A stretch of 64,000 nucleotides of DNA from Octopus sinensis (lineage: Eukaryota). Within the stretch, counting starts at the first letter, position 1, and every line of letters begins with the position of its first letter. Shown piece after piece: positions 1 to 13,112 of this stretch. The stretch covers positions 1 to 64,000 of the forward strand of contig NW_021836158.1 in assembly GCF_006345805.1 (NCBI RefSeq), written 5' to 3'. The notes under the pieces are model-generated. The model saw only the letters and a list, made by a program, of their open reading frames with translations. It made no database searches and was not told the origin of the DNA. A program made the translations under genes and the position numbers.

Positions 1-40
1 TCGTCTGTCTATCTGTCTGTCTGCCCGTCCGTCCGTCCTG

Positions 41-108
<68 letters not shown>

Positions 109-192
109 CCGTCCGTCTGTCTGTCCGTCCCCCGTCCATATATCCATCCATCCATCCATCCGTCTATCCTCCATCTCTTTCTATTTCTCTCA

Positions 193-247
<55 letters not shown>
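1..247. repeat. (TCTA)n/(TCCA)n/(CT)n microsatellite cluster
   Basis: Tandem tetra- and dinucleotide repeats read directly. Confidence 0.95.
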
Positions 248-391
248 GAAAAGGTTGTGTATTTATGTACGTGCATGTCTGTCTGCCTGTGCATCCATAC
301 ACTTAAAAATGTATACATTCATCAATGGTTACACAAATCTAAGTATGTAGAAGGTACAAATACATGAATGCACTCATATTAACATTTACAG

Positions 392-487
392 GAGAATGAT
401 AAAGTTAGTCTTGCTGCCAATGTACGTGCTGGAGGATTCTGCGTATCGAGAACAGGAAATTATGCTGCTCTTGATAAGATGTGCTGT
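392..487 (+). CDS. Candidate internal coding exon of an unidentified host gene (ENDKVSLAANVRAGGFCVSRTGNYAALDKMCC)
   Basis: tttacag|G acceptor and TGT|gtatgt donor; 96 nt, open in phase 0 (also phase 2). Unique sequence, no homolog recognised. Confidence 0.45.
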
Positions 488-584
488 GTATGTATTTGAA
501 CATGTTTGTACACAGTTATGTAACAATGGATACGTGTGACTGGAGGCATAAGTGAGCATGCGAGTATGTGCATGTGTAATATAT

Positions 585-1167
585 CATCATCATCATCATC
601 ATCGTCGTTGTCATTGTCATACTCATTGTTATCATCATCACCATTGTCATCGTTGTCATTATTGCTATCATCATTGTCATCATCATCGTCATCATCGTCA
701 TCATTGTCGTCGTCGTCGTTGTCGTCGTCGTCATCATCATCATTGTTATCATCATCGTTGTTGTTGCCATTATCATCGTCACCATTGCTGTCATCATTAT
801 TGTCATCGCCATTGTCATTGTCGTTGTTGTTGTCATCATCATTGTCAGCATTGTAATCGTCATTGTGGTCATCATCATTGTCTTCATCATCATCGTTGCG
901 GTTGTCATCATCATTGCTGTCATCGTCATTGTCATCATCAACATCATCATCATCATCATCATCACTATTGCTGTCCTCATCATTGTCATCATCATTGTTG
1001 TTGTTGCCATCATCATCGTCAGCATTGTAATCATTGTCATTATTGTCATCATCATCGTCTTCATCGTTGTCATTGCCGTCATCATCATCGTCGTCGTCAT
1101 CATCATCGTCATCATCATCATCATCATCGTCGTCATCGTCGTCATCGTCATTGTCATCATCATCATT

Positions 1168-1202
<35 letters not shown>

Positions 1203-1245
1203 AATCGTCATCGACATTGTCCTCATCATTGTCAACATCATTATT
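585..1245. repeat. Degenerate (CAT/CGT/TGT)n trinucleotide tract
   Basis: About 660 bp of cat/cgt/tgt triplets; source of the poly-His, poly-Ser, poly-Ile and poly-Met ORFs. Confidence 0.95.
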
Positions 1246-1439
1246 TCAATGCATGTTTTTTCATGCTGCATAACTTATCCTCTCCAATACAGCATCTCAC
1301 AACTTATTGCATTCTTTTGTCATCTCCTTTGTAAGGTTCATCATCCTTGGATCAGCTCTGCCACTTCTTTTCTTGTCTTCCTTGGTCCTACCTTTTTTCA
1401 CAGTTTTCTTCTACTTGGATCTTCTCAATTAAATGTTCT

Positions 1440-2034
1440 ATGGTGGATGGAACAATTAAAGACCTGAAAGTAAGGAAGGCGCCTAATCCAGGTAAACAAA
1501 CAGTGAAAGTACTCTCCACATGTGATAAGTGCACAGGGGCAGCAAGTACTAAGAGCACTTGTGAATTAGACTCCATTTAATGCCCAAGTAGCTCTTTAAA
1601 AGTAGATAGCTTTTGTTACTCTGAAGACCTGGTTAGCATTGAGGGTGGATATTCTGAGAGCATTGTAACCACAGAAAGAGCTGGTTGTAGCATCTTCTAA
1701 GAATTATTATCTCTGCTGGCAACAAAGGACTTCTTTTACAGAGTGAAAGGTAGTTTGTATGTAATGATGCTTACATAGGAATTGGGAAGTTGCATGGTAG
1801 CAAGATGTGGACCTTGAATACTCTTTTACTCTTTTACTTGTTTCAAGTCATTTGACTGCGGCCATGCTAGAGCACTGCCTTTAGTCGAGCAAATCGACCC
1901 CGGGACTTATTCATTGTAAGCCCAGTACTTATTCTATCGGTCTCTTTTGCCGAACCGCTAAGTGACGGGGACGTAAACACACCAGCATCGGTTGTCAAGC
2001 AATGCTAGAGGGACAAACACAGACACACAAACAT

Positions 2035-2067
<33 letters not shown>

Positions 2068-2520
2068 CATATACGACAATCTTCTTTCAGTTTCCGTCTA
2101 CCAAATCCACACACAAGGCTTTGGTCGGCCTGAGGCTATAGTAAAAGACACTTGCCCAAGGTGCCACACAGTGGGACTGAACCCAGAACCATGTGGCTGG
2201 TTAGCAAGCTACTTACCACACAGCTACTCCTGCGCCTATGAATGTAGACCTTGAATGTAGATCATTTGCAAAGACTAGAAAGAGCGTTTTTCACTGGATG
2301 TGTAATACTAGTAATTATGAAAGACAGCACAAATAAGCTGAGAGAAAAACTGAACATAAGAGGAATGAAATCTAATGTGCAAGAAGAGAAGGTTGCATTG
2401 GTGTGAGCATGTGAGATGTATGGGAGAGGAGAGCTGTCTAAAGAAATGTCACACACTCAAAGTAAATGGAACCTATGGAAGATGAAGCCACAGGTCAGAC
2501 CTGAAGTTGTGGTATCTCAG
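1440..2520 (+). mobile_element. Degraded RTE-clade LINE fragment interrupted by a SINE A copy
   Basis: 1590-1790 and 2270-2510 align by eye with the RTE ORF fragment at 38320-38820 (VDSF.Y..D, gatgtgtaat, aagtgccacac, ggaaccTGTggaaga). Confidence 0.7.
1820..2241 (-). mobile_element. tRNA-derived SINE family A, full length
   Basis: A-box TGGCTGTGTGG and B-box-like GGTTCAGTCCC head, central (TA/TG) tract, (AAAGAGT)n tail. 15-bp TSD atgt(g/a)gaccttgaat at 1805-1819 and 2242-2256. Confidence 0.9.
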
Positions 2521-3157
2521 GGAAGAGATGAGAAAGCAGGCATGTGCCATCAGTAATTACTCAGGGTAGGAAGTTGGTGACGTTTATGTAGTAAAACACA
2601 AAAATAAGTGAAACACAGGTGCATGACTGAGTTGTAGGCAGACTTACTTCTGCCTTTAAAGCACATAGAGAAAACATTGTTGTAGGAATGTATGCAGCAT
2701 GTGTACTACAGCAGTCCTATGCATAGCTTAAATTCTGAAATTGAAAAGCAGGGGCAAATTATGCCTACCTTACCAACAAAAAAATAAAATGTTTTATATT
2801 TTATGCAGAGTAATCTGAGTAACCTTCATAATTTTATTGAACTGGTTGCATATTTTACCCTAAAAGGAAAATATTACTATTGATCTATTTTATTCGGGGT
2901 AGGCACTGCCTAATTTGCCTACTCAGGTGGCATGTCCCTGTGAGAGAGGTCTGTATTGATTGGCAATATAGTGTGTGGGTGAACACTTGGTGTTGGTTTG
3001 TTTATTTCCCTCTAACTTAGTGGTTGGCAAAAAGGGTCTGATGGGATAAATACTGGACATAAAATAAGTAATGTGGTTCATATAACTAATAAGACCCTCA
3101 CAAGGCAATGCCCCAGCTTGGTCGTAGTCCAATGAATAAAAAACAGAAAACGAATGA

Positions 3158-3554
3158 AAGAATGGCTGTGTGGTAAGTAACTTGCTAATCAACCACATGG
3201 TTCTGGGTTCAGTCCCACTGCGTGGCATCTTGAGCAAGTGTCTTCTGCTATACCCCCGGGCCGACCAATGCCTCGTGAGTGGATTTGGTAGACGGAAACT
3301 GAAAGAAGCGCGCCGTATATATGTATATATATATATATGTGCGTGTGTGTTTGTGTGTCTGTGTTTGTCCCCCTAGCATTGCTTGACAACCGATGCTGGT
3401 GTGTTTACTTCCCCGTCACTTAGCGGTTCGGCAAAAGAGACCAATAGGATAAGTACTGGGCTTACAAAGAATAAGTCCCGGGGTCGATTTGCTCGACTAA
3501 AGGCGGTGCTCCAGCATGGCCGCAGTCAAATGACTGAAACAAGTAAAAGAGTAA
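3158..3554 (+). mobile_element. SINE family A
   Basis: Near-identical to the other A copies (tggctgtgtggtaag ... gactgaaacaagtaaaagagt). Confidence 0.9.
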
Positions 3555-3957
3555 TACACAAACATGTACACATACACATGTACACATACACATGTACACA
3601 CGTACACACTTGTAAAAAATACACATCAATCTTGTGAAATACCTTCATATATAATCATGCATAACAGATGACAATACAGCTACATATGCATACACTTCAT
3701 GAAAATATGCATACACATACACAAAACAATGACGATAAAACAACTATACAGAAGCACACACACACACACACACAGATATACAAAGACACACACATGCTAA
3801 ACTTACATGCACTCAAACACGCATGCATACACATACATATAGAGGCATATTGAAATATTTAAAAGTAAAAATCACTTTGGTTAATGTCAATTTTCTAAAA
3901 GCTATTTCTGGTTTAAAGGGAAATGTTTTCTTTTCCTACCTTGCAAACTTGCCTAAG

Positions 3958-4032
3958 GCTTCAAGGAAGAATTAACATTTTATTATGAGAAGGTTCGGCT
4001 AGAGGAAGTAAATCGACTGCATTCAGATATGT
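3958..4032 (+). CDS. Candidate internal coding exon (FKEELTFYYEKVRLEEVNRLHSDM)
   Basis: Pyrimidine tract ...cttgcctaag| and T|gtacgt donor; 75 nt, only phase 1 is open; charged helical-looking peptide. Confidence 0.45.
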
Positions 4033-4522
4033 GTACGTACGCATAGATATCAACGTATAAGGTGTGTCTATATACACAAGCAAACATCGTGACAGACAGA
4101 CAGACAGACAAGGAGACACATATATATATTTATATGTTACTGTTTTTCTTGTCAGTGTGTAAGGAACTATATTTTTCAGAAGAAAGTAGGAAGTTATGGC
4201 ACTTGTGTATTTCTCTGAGGTATCATTGATAGAAATGAATTGAAATGATGTTTACTGGAATCAAAACAGCCTCTTGCATCTTCAAGAGTTTTTCTCTTCA
4301 TAGTGTTTTATCCTGGAATGAATGAATACTCTTTTTTTTATTAATTTTTATTTAATTTCTCCAATAAAGAATTTTTTCCTAATAGTTTTTAGGTTTTAAT
4401 GGTGAAACAAAGAAAATTCCCTGACTAGAAATAAGCCTAGAAATAACTCAAAATCACCAGAATAACTGGGATAAGTACCATTCATGAATGTTTGTGTGTG
4501 TGTGTGTATATATGTATATATA

Positions 4523-4928
4523 TTCTTTTATTCTTTATTTGTTTCAGTCATTTGACTGCAGCCATGCTGGAGCACCACCTTTAGTCAAACAAAACGAGTC
4601 TGGGACTTATTCTTTGTAAGCCTAGTACTTATTCTATTGGTCTCTTTTGCCAAACCACTAAGTTATGGGGATGTAAACACACTAATATCGGTTGTCAAGC
4701 GATGGCGGGGGGTCAAACACAGACACACAAACATATAAATATACATACACACACATATATATATATATACGACGGGCTTCTTTCAGTTTTCATTTACCAA
4801 ATCCACTCGCAAGGCTTTAGTTGGCCTGAGGCTATAGCAGAAGACACTTGCCCAAGGTGCCACGCAGTGACACTGAACTCAGAACCATATGGTTGGTATG
4901 CAAGTTACTTCCCGCATAGCCACTCCTG
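4523..4928 (-). mobile_element. SINE family A (diverged)
   Basis: Reverse-complement match to the family A consensus. Confidence 0.88.
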
Positions 4929-6189
4929 AATACAAGTCAATGTATATCTGTATAAATGCATGCATATACATGTGTTTATATGAGACAACTTCTGCAAAGT
5001 TTTGCAGACTTGAACAGTAGCAATCACAGATGGAACACATAGCTGCCAATTAATGGTGCCTTCAGAATTTTTTGTGAAGATTAATTTATATTTATAAAGT
5101 CTGTTGATGAGTTAACCATCTGGTCACATGACTTAGTACCCTAATAATCACAGGTATGAAAATAAGTTCATATACTAGGTGTAAAATATGAAAATGTTTC
5201 TTCTTTCTTGTCAATAGATGTTAAGTTTTTCATTAGTTTGGAAGTAATATTTATTTACTTACATAACAAAACAAGTTATTTTTTTAATTCTATGTTCCAG
5301 AGAATTACATGCTACATTCCTTACTTGGATGTGTATATGCATGTATATTTCACAACATGCAGTTTCTGTACCCGTTTCCTCTGCTAACCATTCTAAAGAC
5401 TGCATTGTATACCATTTTTCTTGCAATATCATATATTTTATAGGATGACAAGTATTACTGTCATTATATTTTTGTACAGCTACAATAATGTAAACAATAT
5501 TCAACAAAAATTCTACATGACCAGCAATGCTTGTAGAATTTGGGTGTATTGCAAATATACTATCCTTTTTGTAACTAAAAAGTCTTTGTTGATATTTCTT
5601 GTTTTTGGTTGCCAAAGCATACCTCTCAAAAGGAAAATTAGCTGTCACTTTTTTCAGCTTTTCTCAAAAGGAAAATTAGCTGTCATTTTTCTCAGTTTTT
5701 CTCAATTCTTTTTATCCTTGTTAGTATCATTCAGTCAACATAGTCTTGCATCATTAACTATTGGGGAAAAAATAAGTAAACAGACAAACCAATAAATATG
5801 TGAATTCTATGCATATTTTTCCTTAATATTCATTAATTTCAAATTCAAGTTTCTAATCCCACCAAATATTATGAAAAGACAATTATCACCCTTGTATCAC
5901 TTGTCCACTTGGAGATGATGCATGTACAAAGTCATCCTTTCAAAATTTCATCAACCTAATCATCTAGGATATACATTTATGGCCATTCAGTTCAAAATAT
6001 TTATTTCTCATTATTATGTATTCAGTTAGTGGCATTTCATCTGTCTTTACTTTCTGAGTTCAAATTCTGCTGAGGTCAGCTTTGTCTTTCATCCTTTCAA
6101 GGTTGATTAAATAAGTACCAGTTGAGCACTAAGGTCAATATAATCTATCAATATAATCTATCTATCTATCTGCCTGTCTGTCTATCTAT

Positions 6190-6922
6190 CTATGTATAAT
6201 AATAATAATAATGAAATTAGTGTATACAGTGCTCTGGTGCACCACAACTTGTCAAAAGTGCGTACAAAGCATATGCAGTAATGTACAAATGTCTGGAAAG
6301 TGAACAGTGTATGAGTCAGATGCATGCCTGCATATGTATGGAAGGGAGAAAATCAGGTGTAGTGTTAGCGAATCTCAGGAAGCATGGAAGTTTTGAAGGA
6401 TGCAGTGCTCCGACAACTAACAACTGATGCCAGCAGTTTGTTCCATGCTTCAGCCACTCTTAGCATGAAAAAATGTTTCTGAAAGCTGTTTTCTGACTTT
6501 GTAAACATGTCCACGGGTGTTAGACGGGTGGAGTTTGAAAAGGTGCTCAGAGTTATTGTTTGTAAGATAGTTAATAATTTTATGGGTGTCTGCCAAGTCA
6601 GCTGCCAGACGTTGATAGTTTCAGTGTATCTATGCCCAGGGAAGTAAGGCATTCAGAATATGGCAAATGCCTGATGGAAGGTATTCTCTTGGTTGCACGT
6701 CACTGAACGGCTTCCAGGTGATTAATATCCTGGGCAAGATAGGGGTTCCAGACTGGTGATGCAAATTCCAGGTGAGGTCGCACCATAGCTATATAAAGCC
6801 GCAGATAGATAGCTGGAGAGTGGCTCACAAAGGACTTGGTGAGTGATGCCAAGACACCCTCAGGCCTCTTGGCAATTTTAGCAAATCGCTGTCGACAATA
6901 ATGCCCAGGTCAGGTTCACAAG
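6190..6922 (-). mobile_element. CR1-clade LINE 3' fragment
   Basis: Minus-strand translation gives VRPHLEFASPVWNPYLAQDINHLEAVQ and HFFMLRVAEAWNKL...FKTSM, typical CR1 ORF2 C-terminus; ends in an (ATT)n tail. A short copy of the same 3' end is at about 61070-61130. Confidence 0.85.
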
Positions 6923-6947
6923 TATATATATATATATATATATATAC

Positions 6948-7156
6948 TTTTCTACTTCAGGCACAAGGCCTAAGATTTTTGGGGAGAGGACCAGTTGATT
7001 AGATCGACCCCAGTACGTAACTGGTACTTAATTTATCGACCCTGAAAGGATGAAAGGCAAAGTCAACCTCAGTGGCGTTTGAATTCAGAACGTAATGACA
7101 GGCGAAATGCCACTAAGGATTTTGCCCAGCATGCTAATGATCCTGCCAGCTCGCCA
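6948..7156 (-). mobile_element. tRNA-derived SINE family C
   Basis: Core cctttcatcctttcggggtcgataaattaagtaccag and head ggcgagctggcag on the minus strand. Confidence 0.85.
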
Positions 7157-7214
7157 CTATAGAAATAAGGCCAAAAACAGACAATTGGAGCCTGGATAGC
7201 TCTCTGGCTGTCCA

Positions 7215-8195
7215 GCTATCATTATCATTTAATATTTGTTTTCCATGATAGCATGGGTAGGAAACGTTTGACAGGAACTGGCCAGCTGAAGAGCTGTCCC
7301 AGCTCCATGTGTGTTTGGGCATGGCTTCTATGGTTGGATGCCTTTTCTAATGCCAACCAGCTTACAGAATGTACTGGGTGCTTTTATGCAGCACTGGCAT
7401 GGGTGTGTTTATGTGGCACCAGTATGGGTGCATTTTACATGGCACCAACACCCATGAACCCACAAGTTTAGGAATGCCCAGTTAGAGAGGGTTGCAAGGG
7501 ACATACCTCTATACAAGGATAATTAGCTTGATGTGTCTTCTCAAGCACAGCAAACCACCAGGTATCTCATTCCCTTGTCATCCTTTCTGTGGTACCAACA
7601 CCTGAAGATCCTTTACACCACTTCATCCCACCTCTTCCTGGGTCTGCCCATTCTACATTTTCCCTCCACAAATACATGATGAGCACCTCATGATGCAACA
7701 GTCTTCATTCATATGCATTACATGACCATACATGACCATAGGCACAGGAGTGGCTGTGTGGTAAGTAGCTTGCTAACCAACCACATGGTTCCGGGTTCAG
7801 TCCCACTGCGTGGCATCTTGGGCAAGTGTCTTCTGCTATAGCCCCGGGCCGACCAATGCCTTATGAGTGAATTTGGTAGATGGAAACTGAAAGAAGCCTG
7901 TCGTATATATGTATATATATATGTGTCTGTGTGTGTTTGTGTGTCTGTGTTTGTCCTCCTTGTGTGTTTACGTCCCCGTCACTTAGCAGTTCAGCAAAAG
8001 AGACCGATAGAATAAGTACTGGGCTTACAAAGAATAAGTCCTGGGGTCGATTTGCTCAACTAAAAGGCGGTGCTCCAGCATGGCCGCAGTCAAATGACTG
8101 AAACAAGTAAAAGAGAGTAAAAGAGAATACCAGCACAGTCTTCTCTTCTGTACACTACAAGTCTTCTCTCCTCTATACTACAAGTCTCCTCTCTG
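7215..8195 (-). mobile_element. RTE LINE 3' fragment interrupted by SINE A
   Basis: ggatgccttttctaatgccaacc 3'UTR motif and reverse-complement similarity to 38670-38820, resuming after the SINE. Confidence 0.7.
7741..8126 (+). mobile_element. SINE family A
   Basis: Consensus match with a small internal deletion. Confidence 0.9.
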
Positions 8196-8206
8196 ATATA
8201 TATACA

Positions 8207-8708
8207 CTAGCAGTATCGCCCGGCGTTGCTCGGGTTTGTAAGGAAATAACTATATAAGCATTTTTAGAGAGTACTTCCCTTATAAATTCAGGCTTTCTTA
8301 GCCATTTTGTTTTTGGTATCTTCAGCCAGATGAGCGTTGTTCTAAAAGAACGCTGGTTTCCTTCACAACGCATTACGACGTTGATTTCTTTACACTCCCT
8401 TCCCCACAGCTTCACGAGGGAGGGAAGGGGGAGAAGCAAACAGGTGGACTGTGAGCGTGGACGCCAACTCCGCCGCCATCGACACACGATGCATTTTATG
8501 CATTAAAATGGAATAAAAAATGATGTTAAATTATTTTTAAAATTGTAGACTCATCGTTGACGCGCGCTAATAGTCAGACGGGCTCGATATGAATCACGAC
8601 TATAAGATACCCGGTTTTGGTTAAACTGCACCGCAAAATGTGGGAGGAGTTAGGAATCTAAATCGAAGGGGACAGACACTCACACAACTAGAGTTTTATA
8701 TATATAGA
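8207..8708 (-). mobile_element. Complete non-autonomous Helitron (about 502 bp)
   Basis: Minus strand starts TCTATATATATAAAAC and ends with a GC hairpin (cccgagcaacgccggg) followed about 8 nt later by CTAG; sits between A and T with no TSD. Confidence 0.8.
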
Positions 8709-9594
8709 TATCATACACAGATAGGGTCACAATCCAAGCTGTGACCTCATGAAGCACATGTACAAATTCCAGTGCTCAAAAGTTTTATGTAGATTTTATA
8801 ATAGTGTGAGGCATGTATAAGAGTTGAAAAATACTGGAAACTAGTATTTGCTGAGTAATTACATATGTGTCTGTGCGTGCATGTGTGCGTGTACGTGTAT
8901 CTGTGTAAACATGTGTGTTTAAATATGTATGTATATACACATTTTCCCCTTATCAAAGTATTTTCTCATCACTTATTTTATAATTGCTTCGAACATATCT
9001 CTTCAATCACCTCACATTTTATGTCCATCTGTTTATCTGACCGTTTGCCTACCTTCCTGTCTGTATGTTTAGTTTGATTACAAACGTAATTATATATGAA
9101 TATGACTACCTAATACTCCATTTGTCTGTTTATCTGTTAATCAAGAGCCATGTAAACTTGTCTTCATTCTCTCTCACTTGAGCGAAGGCAAATGAGAATG
9201 AAGAATATATATCATTAAAAATGAATAAAAGCGAGAAATAAAACAAAAATTCCAAAGAGAATCAAACTTTCTGAGTTTCCATAAATGGATAAATCCCAAA
9301 ATATTGTACAAGTGATTTGTTGTAATGAATAATCAATCATTTGTTTTATAAGGGATCACTATCGTCAATTGAATCAAACTCAGCATATTATTGATAATTA
9401 CTGGTATTTATATGTATTCCATTGTTATGAAAAGAGAAGGCAATAATAGCTGCTTTTGAATGAATAAAGAATAGATTTCAGAAAGTAAAAACTTTCAGGC
9501 ATTTAGGTTGGTGCTCTATCATTTCTGTCAATTATTTGTGCCTGTTAGGAAAGAGAGTTAACAAAAGACTTTCTTGATAAATATACCATATATG

Positions 9595-9755
9595 TGTGTA
9601 TGTGTGGTGTGTGTGTGTTCATACGTACATACATACATATATGTGTATGTACGTGTATATATGTATATATGTGTATATATATATGTATATACATACACAC
9701 ACATATGTATTTATGTGTGTGTGCATGTATATATATGTTATAACATTTATATCTG

Positions 9756-9787
<32 letters not shown>

Positions 9788-9884
9788 CCTATGATCTATA
9801 TATTATCATTTATATATATGTATGTATGATTATATATATATATATATATTATTATGTATGTATGTATGTATGTATATATATATG

Positions 9885-9952
<68 letters not shown>

Positions 9953-10131
9953 TACACATACACTACACACATGTACATATGCCATATGTGTAAATATGTA
10001 CATATAATATATAGATAGATAGATAGATATATACATATGTGTGTGTGTGTGTTTGTGTGTATATATAAGCATCATACTTAATAGTATATCTATATATGTA
10101 TAATGCATTCATACCTATATATAATATATAA

Positions 10132-10220
<89 letters not shown>
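9595..10220. repeat. Compound (TA)n/(TG)n/(TCTA)n microsatellite block
   Basis: Direct reading. Confidence 0.9.
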
Positions 10221-10222
<2 letters not shown>

Positions 10223-10914
10223 GAAGAGAGAGGAGTTGATAGAGAGGGAGAGCTGTCCAAGTTAGTGGAGAGCACAGGAAACATGTTAGACAGAACTTTT
10301 CACCTGAGCAACAATATTAATGTTAGATTTTTATTTTAACATCATAGCAACACACCCCTCACTTTGCTTTATATCTTCATCTCTATAAAGGATTTCAAGA
10401 AGTCACTTTAATCATTTTTGGCAGCTTTCTCATTCCATAGTTTTCTGGTTTCATCCATAAGACCAATAAGTAAAAACCCTTCCTTGCAGCTAGAGGTTTA
10501 AAGCAAAAGATTTTACTATCAACCATACAACACAAAGAGGAAATTACACCTATAATTTCAGTCGTCGAAAATGATTTGAAAAAGCAGAGAACTGATGCCA
10601 AAATGTAGCCAAGATTTCCCCTTGAACAAAAGGCACAGTGACATTGTAGAAAGATCAAAAGACCGAAGAATAGTTCTATGTTTAATGACTAATTTCCTGC
10701 CTTAAGGTGGCTTGTCTTGATAATCGCTCAAATATTGGTTGGTAATAAAAAGGTAGCACACACACAGAGCCAGATATATTTTATGTATGTGGAGTAGATT
10801 GCATATACACCTACTATGACATAGAAATCTATACACACATTTCCATATAATCACAGTCACATGTGTGTTAAAAAAAAAAGATTAAGATGACACATGCACT
10901 TCAAAATACTCATA

Positions 10915-10949
<35 letters not shown>

Positions 10950-11219
10950 ATGTATGCAAGTATGAGTATGTGTATGTATGCTTATATGAGTATATGTATG
11001 TATGAATATATGTCATATGTATGTATGAGTATATACATGTATGTATGTATGCATGTGTCTATCTATTTATCTATCTATCTATCTATCTTTCTATCTATCT
11101 AAAAGTCTCTTGCTTTCTCTCTAACACACTCACACAGAGACACACACACATGCACACATACAAACATGCATCTATATCTACATGTATCTGTATATGCATG
11201 CGTGTGTGTATATACATAC

Positions 11220-11254
<35 letters not shown>

Positions 11255-11316
11255 AACACACGTTATACACACACATAGATAAATATATGTATGTATATAT
11301 ATATATGTATATATAT

Positions 11317-11356
11317 ATTGTCTGATGAACAGGAACGTGAAACTCTGAGTAGTAAT
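11317..11356 (+). ncRNA. Minimal type I hammerhead ribozyme-like motif (GUA cleavage triplet)
   Basis: attgt-CTGATGA-acaggaacgt-GAA-actc-t-gagt-A-gtaat: full core, 4-bp stem III with 1-nt loop, 5-bp stem I with two G-U pairs, weak stem II. Confidence 0.65.
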
Positions 11357-12029
11357 TTATTTGTGATATTTTTGCAGCTTTAATAATAATAACGTATATT
11401 ACTCTAGCTCCTGTATTTGAGTACTATTTTTCCCCACCTTGTTTCATATTTATATGCTTACTTTGGTATATATATATATTAACACAGATTTATGCATAAG
11501 ATATTTAGAAGATGCCTACATATCCTGAAATAGAGATAGAAGTGGACAATTTATATAAATGCATAATAGTAATTAACCTTCTACAGACACATGTACACAC
11601 ACACACATGTACACACACACTAACACATTCAGAAATGTATAGAAGTACAAAAAAGGTAGCAGATTGACAGAACCATTAGAATATTGAAACGAAAACCTTA
11701 CAGTATTCATTTTGACTTTTCTACCTTGTGAGTTCAAATTCTGCAAATGTCAACTTTACTTTTTCATCCTTTCAAAGTCTGTAAGTAAAATACCATTCCA
11801 GTTTCGGTGAGGGTTTATTTTCTTTCTCTCTCTCTCTCTCTCCCTCCCTTTTTCTTTGTTTTCCTATTTTACTCAGAATTCTACCTAGCTTAATTTCATT
11901 AACTGTACATGCGTCTGTGGAATATTTAATTGTTTCCTCATTAATTCCTTGAGTAGGAATTCAGTTACTCAACCAACTCCATTCACATCGTTAAGGCTGA
12001 CAGAGAATCTGTCATATAAAGCTATACAC

Positions 12030-12285
12030 ATTTCAGATCCTGTATTTTTTGCTCTTTATATCTCAATTGTGTTTGATTACAACTTCAGAGACTTAGATAA
12101 GGCAGCCAGACTTGTTTCTTGTATTAATGGAGGATTGATTAATTGCCATTAACTCAAAACAAATATACTGAACAGGGCAAAATTTATTCATATCATGCTT
12201 TTTACTGATGATATAGCACTTATGGCCACAGTTTTGTTGATGCACAATTAATTGTGGAACGTTTATCACATGCTGTTTAGCTTAA
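12030..12285 (+). mobile_element. RTE (BovB-like) reverse transcriptase fragment
   Basis: FALYISIVFDYNFRDLDK...NGGL...MLFTDDIAL...LIVERLSHA matches the LFADD region of RTE RT. Confidence 0.75.
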
Positions 12286-12430
12286 AGGAAATGAAATTCA
12301 CCAACCCAAAACAACCCTTAAGCAAAAGGTGCAAAAATCATTCAGTTACCTATATTTTCTTTAAAAAATCACATGCAGTGGATGACCATCATCATATGTA
12401 AAAATCTTTTCTCTGTTTGGGCAGTATATC

Positions 12431-13037
12431 TGTTTCTTTATTACCTACAAGGGGTTAGTGGAGGCGCAATGGCCCAGTGGTTAGGGCAGCGGACTCGCGG
12501 TCATAGGATCGCGGTTTCGATTCCCAGACCGGGCGTTGTGAGTATTTAAAAAGCTCCACGAGGCTCTGGCAGGGGGTGGTGGTGATCCCTACTGTACTCT
12601 TTCACCACAACTTTCTCTCACTCTTACTTCCTGTTTCTGTTGTACCTGTATTTCAAGGGGCCGGCCTTGTCACTCTCTGTGTCACGCTGAATATCCCCGA
12701 GAACTACGTTAAGGGTACACGTGCCTGTGCACTTACACGTTAATTTCATGAGCAGGCTGTTCCGTTGATTCGGATCAACCGGAACCCTCATCGTCGTAAC
12801 CGACAGAGTGCTTCCACCACAAGGGGTTAAGCATAGAGGGGACAAACAAGGACAGACAAACGGATTAAGTCGATTATATCGACCCCAAGTGCGTAACTGG
12901 TACTTAATTTATCGACCCCGAAAGGATGAAAGACAAAGTCGACCTTGGCGGAATTCGAACTCAGAACGTAACGGCAGACGAAATACGGCTGCGCAGTTCG
13001 CCCGGCGTGCTACCGGTTCTGCCAACTCGGCGCCTTA
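12431..13037 (-). mobile_element. SINE family C hosting a nested SINE B
   Basis: Family C sequence split by SINE B; 18-bp TSD ctgtttgggcagtatatc at 12413-12430 and 13038-13055. Confidence 0.9.
12458..12818 (+). mobile_element. tRNA-derived SINE family B
   Basis: A box TGGCCCAGTGG, B box GTTTCGATTC, tail ...gagtgcttcca; 11-bp TSD acaaggggtta at 12447-12457 and 12819-12829. Confidence 0.92.
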
Positions 13038-13112
13038 CTGTTTGGGCAGTATATCCACTTCTCCTGGATGATGTAGTCGTAATAAGTCATGCAAAGGAAT
13101 TTTCTACTTTAA

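Noticed and set aside
516-1467. Overlapping 100-260 aa His-, Ser-, Ile- and Met-rich ORFs
   Set aside because: All are translations of the (CAT/CGT)n tract, open on both strands.
3189-3389. Recurrent ORF MSSNARGTNTDTQ... (also 14101, 19745, 54595, 61807)
   Set aside because: Incidental reading frame of SINE family A, not a gene family.
5325-5566. Minus-strand open stretch ending at a gtaagg donor (…SLEWLAEETGTETACCEIYMHIHIQ)
   Set aside because: No recognisable homology and opposite to the better-supported plus-strand exon set. Unresolved rather than disproved.
12458-12535. tRNA-like sequences with A and B boxes
   Set aside because: They are SINE heads continuing into SINE bodies with TSDs; no complete cloverleaf seen.
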